The notes: generated from the sequence alone by a model not told the origin. Positions 1 to 12,773 are shown, numbered from the whole stretch's first letter. The stretch: 63,462 nt of DNA, filler included, from Sphacelaria rigidula (GCA_964200075.2; 10 parts of 10 records of this genome joined end to end with filler, not necessarily neighbours in it), one strand, 5' to 3'. Program-made: numbers and translations.

Positions 1-3000
1 AGCAACAACAACAACAGTAGGGGCAACCACAACAGCAACATCGGCAGCAACAACTCCAACGGACATCAACGCCAAGCCAACACAGCCGTCGCCGATCCAG
101 CTTCTACAACCGCACCATCGAACAACAACGGTCTACAAACTTCTTCATCAACAGCTGCGACAGTGATAGATTCATCATCACCACCAAACGGTATGGGATT
201 TGTTTTTCTCTCTGGTTCATATATCAGTGATACATCCGATCAAATTTCTTTCTAGTTGACCGTGGATAGCGGCAGCACTGGACACTTTTTGGATGATCAG
301 TTGCTACCCGATATCGAACGTGAAATGGTCGAGCTGGTCAAACTCGACCCACCGATGACTATTTCAACACCGGGACGCCATCTACTACATGGTACAGCAA
401 AAGGAGTTCTGAACACCGTGGTCATTGACCCTGAGTAGTACCAACGTTCTGTTCGGCTCCCAGTCGTAGTTGTCCCACGTTTGGGGAAGCATCTGTTCTC
501 CCCTGAGCAAGCTCTCGCAAAGGGGGCTTCGACTATATTTTTTCACGAGTCCCATGTCGACCTCGGAACGTTTAGAGTGCCAATCAACAGTGACAGCAAC
601 GGAGCGTTTCAGTACATCAGCGTGAGAGTTGCTCGGAAATCGGGTAATATTGAGAACAGCTCAGCATTTACAGCTACAATTATGTCAGGAGAGTCCATGG
701 GCATCTGATTAGCCGTCGGTGCAGAAGTCATTCACCACGACATGCCGGGAGTTTCAGCAGCCATGTCTGCCACAGCGGGAGCAGAACCGACAGCTTTGTC
801 TACCACGGCAGGAGCAGACATCTGGCATAGGCGACTTGGACATCAAACGGAGCAGGTCATGCGCCGTCTTCTGAATATTCCTGAATCAGGTGTGAACTTT
901 GAGGGGTCACTGTCACCTTGTGTAACGTGCAAGCTTAATGAAAGTGTACAGCAGGACCACCCAAAGACCGTACACTCCACGAATATTTCGGAACGACTGC
1001 AACTGGTCAGCACTCACCTAACAGGACCGATTACGCCCATGGCGCAGGGGGGCTACCGGTACATGGCAAAGTTTACGGATCACTTTTCGCGTTTCAAGGT
1101 AGTCTACTTCATCAAAACGAAGGATGATACCCTAACAACGCTCTGCAGGTTCATCCAAGATTTGGCTACCCCTTTAGGACTCCATGTACACCGTCTGCGG
1201 TCAGACCGTGGGGATGAGTATATCGCGGATTATTTTAAGAGGTACTGCAAGACTACGGGTATCCGTCAAGAGTTCACCAGCCCATATACTCCTCAGGAGA
1301 ATGGAATCAGTGAAAGAGATGGGCGGAGTATTTTGAACGTTACACGTTGTCTCCTGAACGAATCGAGTTTGCCGAAAACGTTTTTGGGAGAAATTGCTGC
1401 AACTGCGGTCTTTTTGATCAATCGCCTACCGCACACAAGCATCGGCGGCGATACACTATATTTTCGGATGTTTCTCAAGCAACCGAAGCTATCATCCTTG
1501 CGGACAATCGACTCGAGGGCGTTTGTGCACAGGGAGCGCCATCACAGTAAGTTAGGAGAAAAGGCTTGGGAAGGAGTGCTAGTGGGCTATGATTCCGATA
1601 GTCCATCGTACCGCATTTACAACCGCTACTCGGGAAAAATATCCAGCTCCAGAAACGTCACTTTCATCGAACAATTAACAGGAGCTCCTTGCAGGGATGA
1701 AGATTTTTCGACATTGGATATCCAGGAGCCCGACGTATCTGCAGTTGATAGGGAACATCATGACGACACAAACAACTTCAACATGAATATCTACGGTGGT
1801 ATAGCTCAGCTAGAGGACAGCACCACGGAGGACAATTCACCGATTACAGGGCCGCCTATCGCCCAAAGGAGGTCGCGTTCAGCCGGCGGCCCCAATCAAC
1901 ATCCTCCTGGACCTATTAACAAACGGCAAGTCAGTGAGCTAAAGCGACTAGCCTTCATGATATGTCAGTACATTTTCACTGTCGGAGTTCAACAGGATGC
2001 ACCGCCCGCGTCAATTTTAGTACCTACCAACTATCGACAGGCATCGAGTTTACCATACTCGAACAAATGGAAAGCAGCCATGCTGGACGAACTTCAAAGT
2101 ATAAAATATCATGATGTAGCCGATATCATCTCGGCCAGCTCTATTCTCAGCAACAACAACATCATCGGTACAAGGTGGGTCTTTAAGGTCAAAGCAGACG
2201 GGCGTTATAAAGCCCAGTTGGTGGTTCAAGGTTGGTCTCAGAGGCATGGACTCGACTGCGGGAGTACTTTCGCTCCAGTTTGCAGGTTAGAAAGTCAGCG
2301 ATTGTTACTGGCAATTGCTACTGCGGGAAATTGACCTATTTTAGCCCTCGACGTACAAACTGCTTTCTTGAACGGCAAGCTACAGGAAGCAGTATTATGT
2401 AGACAACCGCCTGGCTTCGAGACGTCTGACCCAGCGACAGGAGAACCACAAGAAGTGATGCGTCTTCAGCGCACGCTCTACGGACTGCGTCAGAGTCCAA
2501 GAGGGATATGTCATGCTTACTTTGTTTGTAGATGATGTCTTGATGACAGGACCGTCAATCAGTATACTGCAACATGTTCAGGATGCACTGAAGTCAAGAT
2601 TCTCCATCTCCGAGCTAGGACCAGTTCCTCTTATTATCGGTATAGAGGTCATCAGGGATGAAGTGCGAGGAGCCCTCAAGTTGTCACAGCATAGGTGCGT
2701 AGAATCAATGCTCAAGAAATTCGGCATGAAGACATCCAATCCAGTTCACACAACGGGAACACCGACTCAACTCGTCGACGACGCGCCTGAAGATGCCTCC
2801 CTGGAACCGTCAGAGAAAACTAAGTACCAAGCGATGGTTGGGATCCTCATCTTCCTGGCTCAGAGCGCAAGATTCGACATCGCATTTAGTGTCTCCCAGG
2901 TAGCACGCCACATGAGCAGCCCGAGGCGTCAAAACTTAGTTGCAGTTATACGGATATTTCGGTATCTGCAGGGAAAACTCGATCTTCCGCTAACGTACTC

Positions 3001-4806
3001 AACCTCCAATGAGAATCTGGTTTCAAAGGGATTTTGTGATGCTAGCTATGGTAATGCCGGGCTTCAGGGGAAAATGCAATCAACAACGGGGACGTTATTT
3101 TTTCTGTCTAACGGGCTAGTTCACTTCACTTCGAGCTTACAACGTATAACAGCTACTTCAACGACAGAAGCCGGGTTAATTGCCCTTTCGAAATGTGGCA
3201 AATTCGGAACGTATCTCTTCAATCTGATACGAGAGCTTAGACGGTCATCTATTAAGCCCGCGACTATCTACTCGGATTCACAAGGCGCACTTTATCTGTC
3301 TTCAAACGCCAACTTCAGCACCAGCTCGAAACACCTGGCGATACAATTCTTCAATTTAAAATACATGATTCGAGCCGGACAACTAAGGATAAACTATGTA
3401 CGATCTTCAGAACAATTAGCGGATCTTCTCACCAAAAGCTGTGATAGAATCGTACATCAGAGACTGCTGAAGGCTATAACCGAATTTGGGAGACAGCGGA
3501 TATTAATCTGGCAGGATATTTATCTTCAGCATCATCGTCAACGCTCAATTTCGATCATCTTCATCAACGCTCAACCTCGATCATCATCGTCAACGCTAAA
3601 CTTCGATCATCATCGTAATCGGAGTTTGAGGAACTTGATTTTATTTTTTCTGTTAAGAAATGTGATTGAGTTAAAGAACCCAAGTAACTTCAAGATGCCT
3701 GCAATACTTGTACAATATATAGAACGCGCGGCAAAATTACCTGCGTTAGGTGAATTTGTTTTGATTGTTTGTTTTATTCGAGTGCATTTTTTCAAGGTCC
3801 ATAGGGACATGTCGTAAAACCACGACGATCTCAACGACCTCCGTGCAGTTTCAAGGTCCAGAGGAGCATGCTAAAACCACAGTGTGCAAATCCCTACATT
3901 TATGATACAAGGTTCAGAAAACACGCTGTAGGAACAATCCGTGCAATTACCTCTACGTTTGCGATGTTCTTTCCGTCTTTGCCTACTTTGCTCTTTTTTC
4001 TCCCTTTTGGGAAGGGTGTTTTATCTTGGGGGGGGAAGAGAGAGTCGGGAAACATATTTGGCATCTGTAAGTTATCTTTGATTGCTACGTCGTCACATGA
4101 TCAAACATTTCGCGGTTTGATGTTACCGCACAATTGTTCTTGTTAGTCTAATTCTTTTGTACCTCACGGAAATCTGATGCACATGCAAATACATGCGCAT
4201 GTGAGCGGAGATTTGCAACAGTGACCAGTGTCGTTTCTCAATTGATGTTGGTTTAGTCGTTCCTTTTGAAACATTATAGACACGTGAACGGTACAACAGT
4301 ACAAATACCTGGACGTTTGTCTTTGTGTACTGCCAGTACTACATACTTCGACTGATTGTATTCGCTTGCTACACATGACGTGTAAGGTACACCATCTTTG
4401 CTTGATAGCGACATCTCACTCACAGGGGGGTGTTGCAAATTAGGACAGGACGGTCTAAGGTTCGTTATGTGTGATTGAAATCGCCGCTACTACAAGATGC
4501 TGTACTGTATAAGCGGCACGACTTGAATGCTGTTTGTTACGGTTCAGGTGAAACTGTTAACCACGTATGTGTCGTTTCACTGTACCTTTTCCATGGTAAA
4601 TTAGGGTACGTTGTAAGGTCTTTCGGTTTGCGTACAGCATAGGTTTTCCTCCAGATAGTGGAAAGTGTTGAGGCTCGCTCTCTCTCGCCATCGCTTCTCA
4701 CTCTCCCCAGCAACTCACTTTTGCTTCCACAGCTCTCTCTTGCACAAGAGGCTGTTTGATATTTCAGGCTAAAAGTGCCGAACTACACCATCTTGGTTTT
4801 ACTACA
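1..4806 (+). mobile_element. Ty1/Copia LTR retrotransposon, 5'-truncated by the contig edge and degenerate (stops, frameshifts, RT deletion)
   Basis: Copia domain order is visible in the ORFs: protease VDSGSTGH (256-438), pre-integrase WHRRLGH...CVTC and rve core RLRSDRG/TPQENGISER (742-2334), RT WVFKVK...DVQTAFLNG...LYGLRQSP...LFVDD, and RNase H FCDAS...STTEA...IYSDS...ADLLTK (2513-3480). A purine tract CAGGGGGG at ~4423-4430 precedes TGTTG. Confidence 0.95.
4431..4806 (+). repeat. Putative 3' LTR of the Copia element
   Basis: Starts TGTTG right after the PPT. It probably ends at CTACA (4806), an imperfect inverted terminus. The right end is inferred because no 5' LTR is in the contig. Confidence 0.6.
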
Positions 4807-5357
4807 CTACTCCTCGTAAGTAGCTTTACCGCTACAGTGCAGGCCTATGCCTACCTGTCCAGTGAGACAGTGCCGTGCCAGCGAATAATTTCTAACAAAG
4901 ATATCCCACCGATACAATGACAATGAACAAGCTGGAGATTCTCTTGAAGGAGATCGGGAGAGAGAGAGAGAACGTAAGGAAGGGCGGATGGAGGGATAAA
5001 GCGTGGTCGGGTAAGGTATAAGAGGTAAGCGCTGGTATTCGGAGTCCGTACTGACATGACGAGAGTTGATTTTAAAAGAAATGCGATGAAGTGGGATTGT
5101 ATTGTTTAGCAACAGGAGAAGTAGGAAGGGACGGGGAACACTTCCGAGTCCCACTACAGAAGAGAGCGAGCAAGGAGTGGGAGAGGATAGAAATGCGTGA
5201 GGTATCGGCATGGGTTAGAAGGGTAGGAAGGGGAGTATGCATTGCTAACGGAATATCAGACCTAAGACGTGGTGCACGGGCAAACGGAGGGAAAGCGAGG
5301 CAGAAACAGGTAAATGCCCGGAAGGGGAAGGAGAGGGGACACAGCGCACCAAAATAA

Positions 5358-6257
5358 ATGGACGAAGTCCAAACCGGCAAGGGGCAGAACAATAAAGCAA
5401 GGGAAAGTAGAAGTAAGAGACACTGGAAGAGGATAGGGAACAACAAAAGAGCAGATTATGATTCGGGAAGGAAGTTGAGAATAAGATCGTGGAACATCTG
5501 TGGCTTCACCACAGACGAGCGCAGACGAGGAGAGATAGCGGAACGAGTGAGTAAACACGACCTAGATATGGTAGGAATTCAAGAGTCATGGGAGAGAGCG
5601 GGGGTAGATATAGGATGCAAAGTTGAAGAGTACGCATGGGTAGGGGAGAAGCGGAAGGTACAGAAGGACAAAGGCAGGGGAGCGGGGGGAGTAGGGTTTT
5701 TGGTCCAGGAATACCTGTGTGACATTATAGAAGTGACCGATGACACGAAACTCGACGAGAGCACATGGATAAGGGTACCAGGAGAGCGGGGAACGAAGGA
5801 CTTCTTCGTAGGGAATATCTTATATGCCCCCAGAATCAAAGAGTACGGTGGACGGTATTCAGCGTAGGTTTGGAGAGATAGCAGTAGATGTACATAAGTA
5901 CAAAAGGCAAAGGAAAGCATTGATTGTGAGAAATTTTAATGCAAGGGTAGGAAGAGCAGGTCAACCGGATGATATCATTGGGCAATACGGGGAAGGTAAG
6001 AAGGACACGAACAAGATCGCAATGCTGGACTTCCTTGAGCATAACGAGATGAAGACGCTGAATGATAGAGTAGCAAAGCCACAGGCACAATGGGCATGGA
6101 CGAGGCAATGCAAAGGAAAGATAGAATGCTCTATTCTTGACTATATAGTGGTAGAGAATGGAAAAAGGGAAGAAATGGAAGTACATGTCTGCGCGGAGGA
6201 CGTGGGAACCACAGATCACTGCCTGATATGGACAGAACTTGAAATGGGAAAAGCCGA
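5358..6257 (+). mobile_element. Non-LTR retrotransposon (LINE) fragment, APE endonuclease domain, frameshifted at ~5820, cut by contig end
   Basis: EEP/APE motifs across two ORFs: IRSWNICG, DMVGIQESW, GGVGFLV, NFNARVG, LDYIVV, TDHCLIW. Confidence 0.85.
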
Positions 6258-6357
6258 NNNNNNNNNNNNNNNNNNNNNNNNNNNNNNNNNNNNNNNNNNN
6301 NTTAATTAATTAANNNNNNNNNNNNNNNNNNNNNNNNNNNNNNNNNNNNNNNNNNNN
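6258..6357. other. Artificial contig spacer N44-TTAATTAATTAA-N44; also at 12615-12714, 18971-19070, 25327-25426, 31683-31782, 38039-38138, 44395-44494, 50751-50850 and 57107-57206
   Basis: An identical 100-bp N/six-frame-stop linker recurs every ~6356 bp, and the intervening contigs are 6257 or 6256 bp. Confidence 0.98.
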
Positions 6358-7353
6358 CCCCGCAAAGGCAACCATTCTTTTTCATTCAAAAAAGACTTTT
6401 TACTGCCCCCCCCCCCCCCCCCCCTTCCCCCACCTAAATGTTGGAGGTATCTCTAGTGGGAATACGAACGGTGCTCAGTCTCGGAAGGGATGCGTGGTAA
6501 ATGGTCACTAAGGCAAGCAACAGATGAGAACGCCCCCCACCCCTCCCCCGTCCCGGCTTTGTGGGGATGCGAGGTCTACGGTATGCAAGACCATGAGTGC
6601 GCCCCTCCCCTGAAGATATCATTATCCCTCTGCGGGTATCCCCTCAGAGACAGTATCCTCATTCCGCGTTCAAGTTACACTAGAGAGGGAGTCAAGTGTT
6701 CAGTCTGTCAATCATCGACAGGTCGGATTCTGGTCCCTGAACACACCGCATTTTCTACATCAAACCAAACGTATTAAAAAATTCACGTCTGGTCTCCCGA
6801 CCAAATCAACAGGGCAGTGCGGTTATTCTCCGGCCCGGCATGACCGCACAACAGCGGAACCCCGGACGACACTGGTATAGTAAAAATTATTGATTTTAGG
6901 ACAGCAGATCGGTCCTAAGGACCTCCCACTTTCGAGAGTTGCACTGTGAACGTCATTACACTGTACCCCCCCTATGTTGGAGGTCTATGATTTATGTGTG
7001 AAGCCACCTCCTACACCAGAGGATCGTGGGACGGTAGATGCAAGAGTTGTGATACCAACCAGCCCACAAATTCACAGCCTCGTGGGGGATTTGATCGATT
7101 TTATTTATTTGATTGTCGCGCAAGGACCCAGCCGTGGTCACGTGATCGTCACACGATAGACGTACTCGAGATAAAAACAAAACTGGAACACTCGCTCGAG
7201 AAAAAATAGGAAAACAGAAAAAGTAGGACGAAATAGCAGAGTAGACTGACGGAAATAAAAAAACTACAAGAAAAAATAGTAATAGAAAAGTGACCTGATG
7301 AAAGTCCGCACCCAACCCCGCCTCTCCCCAGATTCCCCGAATTCCCACACTAC

Positions 7354-7522
7354 CTGCTTTTCCCGCTTCCAACAGCCCCCACAATAGCCACCAGTTCTCC
7401 CTTCTGCACTTGAAGCGTGCAGCCGTGCAGAGCGGGGTCCACCGTCTGACGCGCCCGCCCCGGCGAATCGTCTTCGTCCGCTCCCTCTATGCTGGCTCCG
7501 TCGGTGGGGGCAGTTGAGGGGT
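7354..7522 (-). CDS. ABCC/MRP-type ABC transporter exon (start of NBD1, Walker A)
   Basis: Translates (D)PSTAPTDG...PALHGCTLQVQKGELVAIVGAVGSGKS. It has a pyrimidine tract plus AG acceptor (7524-7523) and a GT donor (7353-7352). Its phase 1 start matches the upstream exon at 12332-12515. Confidence 0.88.
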
Positions 7523-7927
7523 CTATTCGCGGCCAAAGAGACATGAAAAAAAAATGATTACCGTCGAGGGAGTGGAAGCGGTGGAACATGAGAGATACGG
7601 GGGAAAAAATGGGTGGGGGGATTGCCCGCGAGAAAAAGTTCTAGGCACATGTTGATGCATGACAGGGGACACCAACGCAACATTTTGCGGACCCAGACAT
7701 GCAGCGACAGAGCTTGACACGCTTTACTTAATTGGTTTACTCCGTGGTTGTCGTTCGGAGCACCCTTGCGCACAATTTGCGGGATAAATTGGGGACTTCT
7801 CGGCAAAGGGGGGGGGGGGGGGGGGGAGAGGCCGGGGGGAAGGGGGGGGGGGGGGTTGTAGGGGGGGCGGGGGGGGTTTTGGCGAATTGCCGTGGCCAGA
7901 TTAGGGAGNNNNNNNNNNGGGGGAGAA

Positions 7928-7968
<41 letters not shown>

Positions 7969-9148
7969 AGGGGCTTGGGGGAAAGGGTGTGAGGAGGTTG
8001 TACGGAGGACGCGGGGGATTTTGGCGAATTGCCATGGCCAGATTAGTGAGCGTCGTGACTGTTGCTGGGAAACGTTTAGCATGTTAGTTTAGCTTCTCCG
8101 TAGATTGCTGGCCGTACTATTTTTTTGTCTTCCTTTTATTTATTGTTCGAGGTCGGTCATCTCTTCCTGTGCTTTGCTCTTGCTGAGTTTTCATTTCGTA
8201 TTTTTCTGTTCCCTTCTTCTCTTCAGCGAGTGTTCCAGTATTGCTTCTCTTGGGTACGTCTATCATGCGACCAAGGCTGGACCCCTAGGGGGTCAGTAAA
8301 AATGCGACAACCAATCAACCAAATTAATCAAACTAATGCTCTTGTGCTCTCGTGCGGAAAGAAATGGCCAAGTTCACCAAGGGAGAGGCGAGGACGGAAG
8401 ATTATATAGCGGGGATGCGACGACATGATGGGTGGTTCATACTCTGGACAGTAAAATATACACAGCCAAAAAGTGTACTGTGTACAGTATCGAGTATTGC
8501 GCCTATTCCAACAGAAAATGAAATCCCATACTGTACGCAGTATATTTTTCAACAACGTAATTCATTCTTCAGGGTGTGGAGTGTTTCGAGTGAGGAGTTG
8601 TACGGCGTCAGGATGATTGATCCTGAACATGTTCAAGAGCAAGAGAGCTCGATTTTTTGTCGAGGAAGGTTGCCGGACTAACTTTTTCCGAGAGAGCGGG
8701 TGCACTTTTTGGGGAGTGGAAATTGAAGTCGCGTTATTTTTTTGTATGTACTCGTACCTTGTTTTGCATTACTTCGGCGCAGTCGGCACAGGAACATCGG
8801 TAAGTTAGTGTTAACTTTGCGCTGGCCTTTCTTCAGGAGATTTGATCGTCGTTTGCCCGAGTTAGCAGAAAACTGCGGGTAAATTATGAGAACAGTTGCG
8901 GGTCAATAGTATGGACGCATCATAGTTCATCATAGTTGATCTTCACGTATTCGAGATTGCGCGTGGATGTTGCAGGACGTCAGCCTCGTGTTCGCGGGGT
9001 CTTCATACGGTTGCAGGGCTTCATGTTTTTTTGTCGGATTTCGGGGGGGGGGGGGGGGGGAGGGGAGGGAGACTCATTTGTTCCTTGCCTTATTCGTTTG
9101 ACCGTTGACCACGCATCCTTTTCGAGACGCAGCACCGGAGCAATGCTA

Positions 9149-9404
9149 CGGTAGGGGTTGCACTTTTTGGTTCAGGGGCTCTCCCTCTTGTAGGAACACA
9201 AATATATGGGGCTTAGTGTGCAACCCTAACCCTTTGAGAACTGGACTCCCAGAAACACAATGTCTGCACGCAGGGGCCTTTTCATGAATCGGCATCATTT
9301 TCAGTCTTTTTCCCGTAAAAATGCTGCCGATTCACCGAATGCCCTCTCCAACGCCCCGAACAGCCCCGAGAACTGTGTTAGCTGAAAAAGTGCAACCCCT
9401 ACCG
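9149..9404. mobile_element. Tc1/mariner-like MITE nested in a G-tract-anchored repeat
   Basis: TIRs CGGTAGGGGTTGCACTTTTT / AAAAAGTGCAACCCCTACCG, flanked by TA on both sides (9147-9148, 9405-9406). Confidence 0.8.
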
Positions 9405-9876
9405 TAGCATCTCTCACCGTTTCTACTCCTAGTAGAGACACTTCCAACATTTGGGCGCTCTTTGCCTTCCTTCCGTACACTACACGAGAACCATTTGCAT
9501 ATCTCATTCCCTTCCCTGCTTCGCCGTTTGTGGCTACCAGCTATCTCCTAGTATTAGCGTGGGGGGGTGTACTCATGATCGTGCATGCCATAATCATGAG
9601 TACATTAGCGTGGGGGGGGGGGGGGGGGTGAACATTTCGGTTTTTAGACTTATTCCTTTCTAGAAGATTAGGTAGAGAAACTGATAGTTCTNNNNNNNNN
9701 NGGTCTTTTCGTGGCGGGACTCGCGTGGGGTTTGTGTGATCCGTAGGGGGCGGGTGGGGCGGGGGGGGGGGGGGGGGGGTAATCATCACATTGTTGAGAC
9801 ATACGTTTTACGAGAAGCTTAGGAAGGGAATCTATGAATTTCGGCGGGGTGCGGGGCAATATTTGAGAGGGTATTA

Positions 9877-10344
9877 GGCTACTTTCTATGTGGAAAAAAT
9901 AAAATGTGAGAAGTGCATTTTTGGCGCTTCTCCGTCGTTTCCCCCCCGAAAAGAGGGCCAGGCGGATATTGACACCTTGGAATGACTTGCTCTACTCGCT
10001 GAGACGGTTTCAGAGCACTTTTGCGTTTCCCGTAGGTCACGGCTTCGTTTTTGGCCGAACTTGCATCTTAAATAAGAAACGGTCAACTTACTAAAAAAAA
10101 TGTCAGTTTTCCCCCTGTTTCTTGATAACTTGACCGTTTGTTATTGGAAATGCAAGTTCGGCCAAAAATCAAACCGTGAGCTACGGGAAACGCAAAGGTG
10201 CTCTGGAACCATCTCAGCGAGTAGAGCAAGTAATTTCAAGGTGTCAACATCCGCCTGGCCCTCTTTCGGGGGAATAACGACGGAGAAGGGCCAAAAATGC
10301 ACTTTTCAACATTGTTTTTTTTCATTTTTACATGAGAAATAGCC
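9877..10344. mobile_element. Foldback (almost fully palindromic) MITE, PIF/Harbinger (Tourist)-like
   Basis: Arms of ~210 bp are imperfect reverse complements (GGCTACTTTCTATGT...ACATGAGAAATAGCC). TTA lies on both sides (9874-9876, 10345-10347). Confidence 0.8.
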
Positions 10345-10350
10345 TTAGGC

Positions 10351-10813
10351 AGACTCCAATGGGAGCCGTTCAAAATCCCTCTCGAAAACTGCCTCTTGGG
10401 CCCTTCTCCGTCGATTTACGTTCGAAAAGAGGGCTAGACGCATGTTGACGCCTTGGAATGACTTGCTCCACTCGTTGAGACCGCTCCAGGGCAACTCTGC
10501 ATTTCCTGCTGGCCGCACTTTTGTTTTTGACCAAATCAGTCCAAACATGAATTTCAGGTGAAAAACGGTCAGGTGATCGAAATTTCCCCAGTTTTTGATC
10601 GCTTGACCGTTTTCATTGAAAATGCGTGTTGGGCCAAAAATAACAGTGCGGCCAGCGGGAAATGCAAAGTTGCCCTGGAACGCTCTCAATGAGTAGAGCA
10701 AGTCATTCCAAGGCGTCAGTACCTGCCTAGCCCTCTATTCAGGCGAAAAACGACGGAGAAGGGCCAAAAAGACAGTATTGAACAGGAATTTGGAACGGCT
10801 CCTATTAGAGTCT
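10351..10813. mobile_element. Second foldback MITE, related to the adjacent one
   Basis: Termini AGACTCCAATGGGAGCCGTTC / GAACGGCTCCTATTAGAGTCT. It shares internal motifs (CTTCTCCGTCG, GAAAAGAGGGC, CCTTGGAATGACTTGCTC) with 9877-10344. Confidence 0.75.
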
Positions 10814-10890
10814 TAGAGCTGTATTTGATGAGCGATGACGGAAGAAAGACATAAATTTGTCTACATTTTTTTTCGCACAAAAAATATATC

Positions 10891-10962
10891 CTCCCTCACC
10901 GGGAATTGAACCCGGGTCTCATGAGTGAAAGTCATATATCCTAACCATTGGACTATGAGGGA
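10891..10962 (-). tRNA. tRNA-Glu(TTC): tRNA-Glu (anticodon TTC), inside the ABCC intron
   Basis: Reverse complement is TCCCTCATAGTCCAATGGTTAGGATATATGACTTTCACTCATGAGACCCGGGTTCAATTCCCGGTGAGGGAG. It has acceptor stem TCCCTCA/TGAGGGA, anticodon loop CTTTCAC, T-loop GTTCAAT and a T6 Pol III terminator ~7 nt downstream. Confidence 0.93.
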
Positions 10963-11368
10963 CAACCGCTGATCTTCGGCGAAGTTGTGGCCTTTTAACA
11001 GACCTCAAGCCCTTTTATGCCAATTCAAAAACAGAACATCTGCATCGCAGTACTGTACTGTACAGGCGAGCCTACGTCGATGACCACGAGTTCCAGAGAT
11101 CGGGCTAGTGTGCGAAACAAAAATAATTAAAACTAATATAACCGCTCGCTTATGGTGATTCCAGGGCGGAAGCATTTAGATATGTAAAGTCATGAATCGT
11201 GTGTCCATTTGTCCTATAATAGAGATTATTCTTTGAATCAGTTAGAAGAAGTGCCCACCAACCCTCATCCAGTAGGCACCGCCCACAGAATGTTCCGGCA
11301 ACCACTCTTCCCTTTCATACAAGAGCGTTCTTTTTATAGCACCACTTCTTGAAAACTTGGCATTTGAG

Positions 11369-11634
11369 CCCTTTCAACGCCAGGGTAGGCGATCTTTGAA
11401 TCGGCACAATTTTTTGTCATACTCCAGTATTTCTCACTCCCTGGATGATGACACTAGATTACGTTGTCAAAATATGTACTGCATACAGTATCGACTATTA
11501 CGTCAATTGCAATAGACATTATAGTCCATACTGTACGTAATATATAATGTAATATTTCGTGCAGGGTGTGATATTTTTCAAGTGTACGTGATGCCGATTC
11601 AATGCATCACATACCCAACCTAGCGATCAAAGGA
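11369..11634. mobile_element. Degenerate piggyBac-like MITE
   Basis: Imperfect TIRs CCCTTTCAACGCCAGGGTAG / CCCAACCTAGCGATCAAAGGA followed by TTAA, with internal TGAATCGGCA/TGCCGATTCA. The internal part resembles 8440-8590. Confidence 0.5.
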
Positions 11635-11959
11635 TTAAGAGGTTGAGCCCCGAAGATTTTACAACGGGACACCTTGAGCACGAATTATGATGCCTGGTGC
11701 CTGAGTACTAACCCTACACTAACTGAAACCTACAGGGTTGCTCTCGGTAGCCCACAGCGGTGACACGAACGCGAGTCCCACGCCTATTAACCGGCTCTTA
11801 GGTGGTGGCGCTACCTGGAGCAGCGTGAGAAATGAATCCTTCGCGAGGTAATTGATCGATTAATTGGTATTCGCGCACTCAGCCATATGACCGCGAGCGT
11901 AGGTCATCTTACAGTATCGTCTAAGAGCTCTTACCCCCCCCCCCCCCCCCCCCCCGTTC

Positions 11960-12275
11960 ACGTGAGGCACCAATGAGGCAGTGTGTGGCCCGTGGCTGTC
12001 TCTGGAGGTGGCGATACCAGAAAATAAAGCAACTCACGCCAGGCTGTCGTCCATGTGCAACACATTCAGTACCCTTCCGGCCGAATAATCCTAGCAGGAT
12101 GCAGCTTAGCCTTGATGCGACTCGCCGAACACCTCACCCTCACGCTTCGGCGTTTGGTGATTGATTGCAACCCTGCTCCGGCAAAAACCCGGCGTGCTCG
12201 GTCCCGGCTTTGTAGGGATGCGAGGTCAACGGTCGCATGACAGCATACAACATAATCCCCCCCCCCCCTCCCCCC
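11960..12275 (+). repeat. Interspersed repeat family B (C-tract-terminated); other copies at ~6545-6610, 9560-9600, 21650-21915, 21925-22030, 40040-40215 and 50195-50625
   Basis: Shared sequence ...GGATGCAGCTT...CCCGGCGTGCTCGGTCCCGGCTTTGTAGGGATGCGAGGTCAA..., ending in a C-run in most copies. Confidence 0.8.
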
Positions 12276-12331
12276 TTCACGTCATATCTAACCGCTCCCC
12301 CCTTCACGTCATATCTAACCGGAAAGCCCAC

Positions 12332-12515
12332 CTGTCCAATAGAAGGCCCCCTCATGCATACTGATGCATATGTCGTCGGGGTAGACCTTGCCTCCGAAAT
12401 CACCCCCGCCAGGCACCGACACTGCCAACGAGCCAGGTGCAACTCCATTCACGCGTTGCACGTAGGGCAACACCTCCTCCGAGTTGAAAAAGTTCGATAG
12501 ACGATCGATTGATAC
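12332..12515 (-). CDS. ABCC/MRP-type ABC transporter exon (end of TMD1 and linker to NBD1)
   Basis: Translates VSIDRLSNFFNSEEVLPYVQRVNG...ICISMHEGAFYWT, matching the MRP-like pattern VSxxRLxxF...xxxFxW. CCCCCAG acceptor and GTGGGC donor; 184 nt, ending in phase 1. Confidence 0.85.
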
Positions 12516-12731
12516 CTGGGGGACGGGGGAGAGGGGGGGGGGGCGGTCTCATGTGTGGCTTGCCTTAGTCGTTTGACCATTGACCACGCATCCCTTTCGA
12601 GACGGGGCAGGGGGNNNNNNNNNNNNNNNNNNNNNNNNNNNNNNNNNNNNNNNNNNNNTTAATTAATTAANNNNNNNNNNNNNNNNNNNNNNNNNNNNNN
12701 NNNNNNNNNNNNNNGGGGTGGGGTGGGGGGT

Positions 12732-12773
<42 letters not shown>

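Noticed and set aside
6302..6313. Regularly spaced TTAATTAATTAA palindrome as a biological motif
   Set aside because: It is always centred in N-runs and is an assembly linker with stops in all six frames.
7558..8092. Pro- or Gly-rich ORFs
   Set aside because: They derive from poly-G tracts with an internal N gap and a local duplication, so they are low-complexity or assembly noise.
11960..12260. Hammerhead ribozyme (retrozyme) within family B
   Set aside because: I could not find a conserved CUGANGA...GAAA core with flanking stems across copies.
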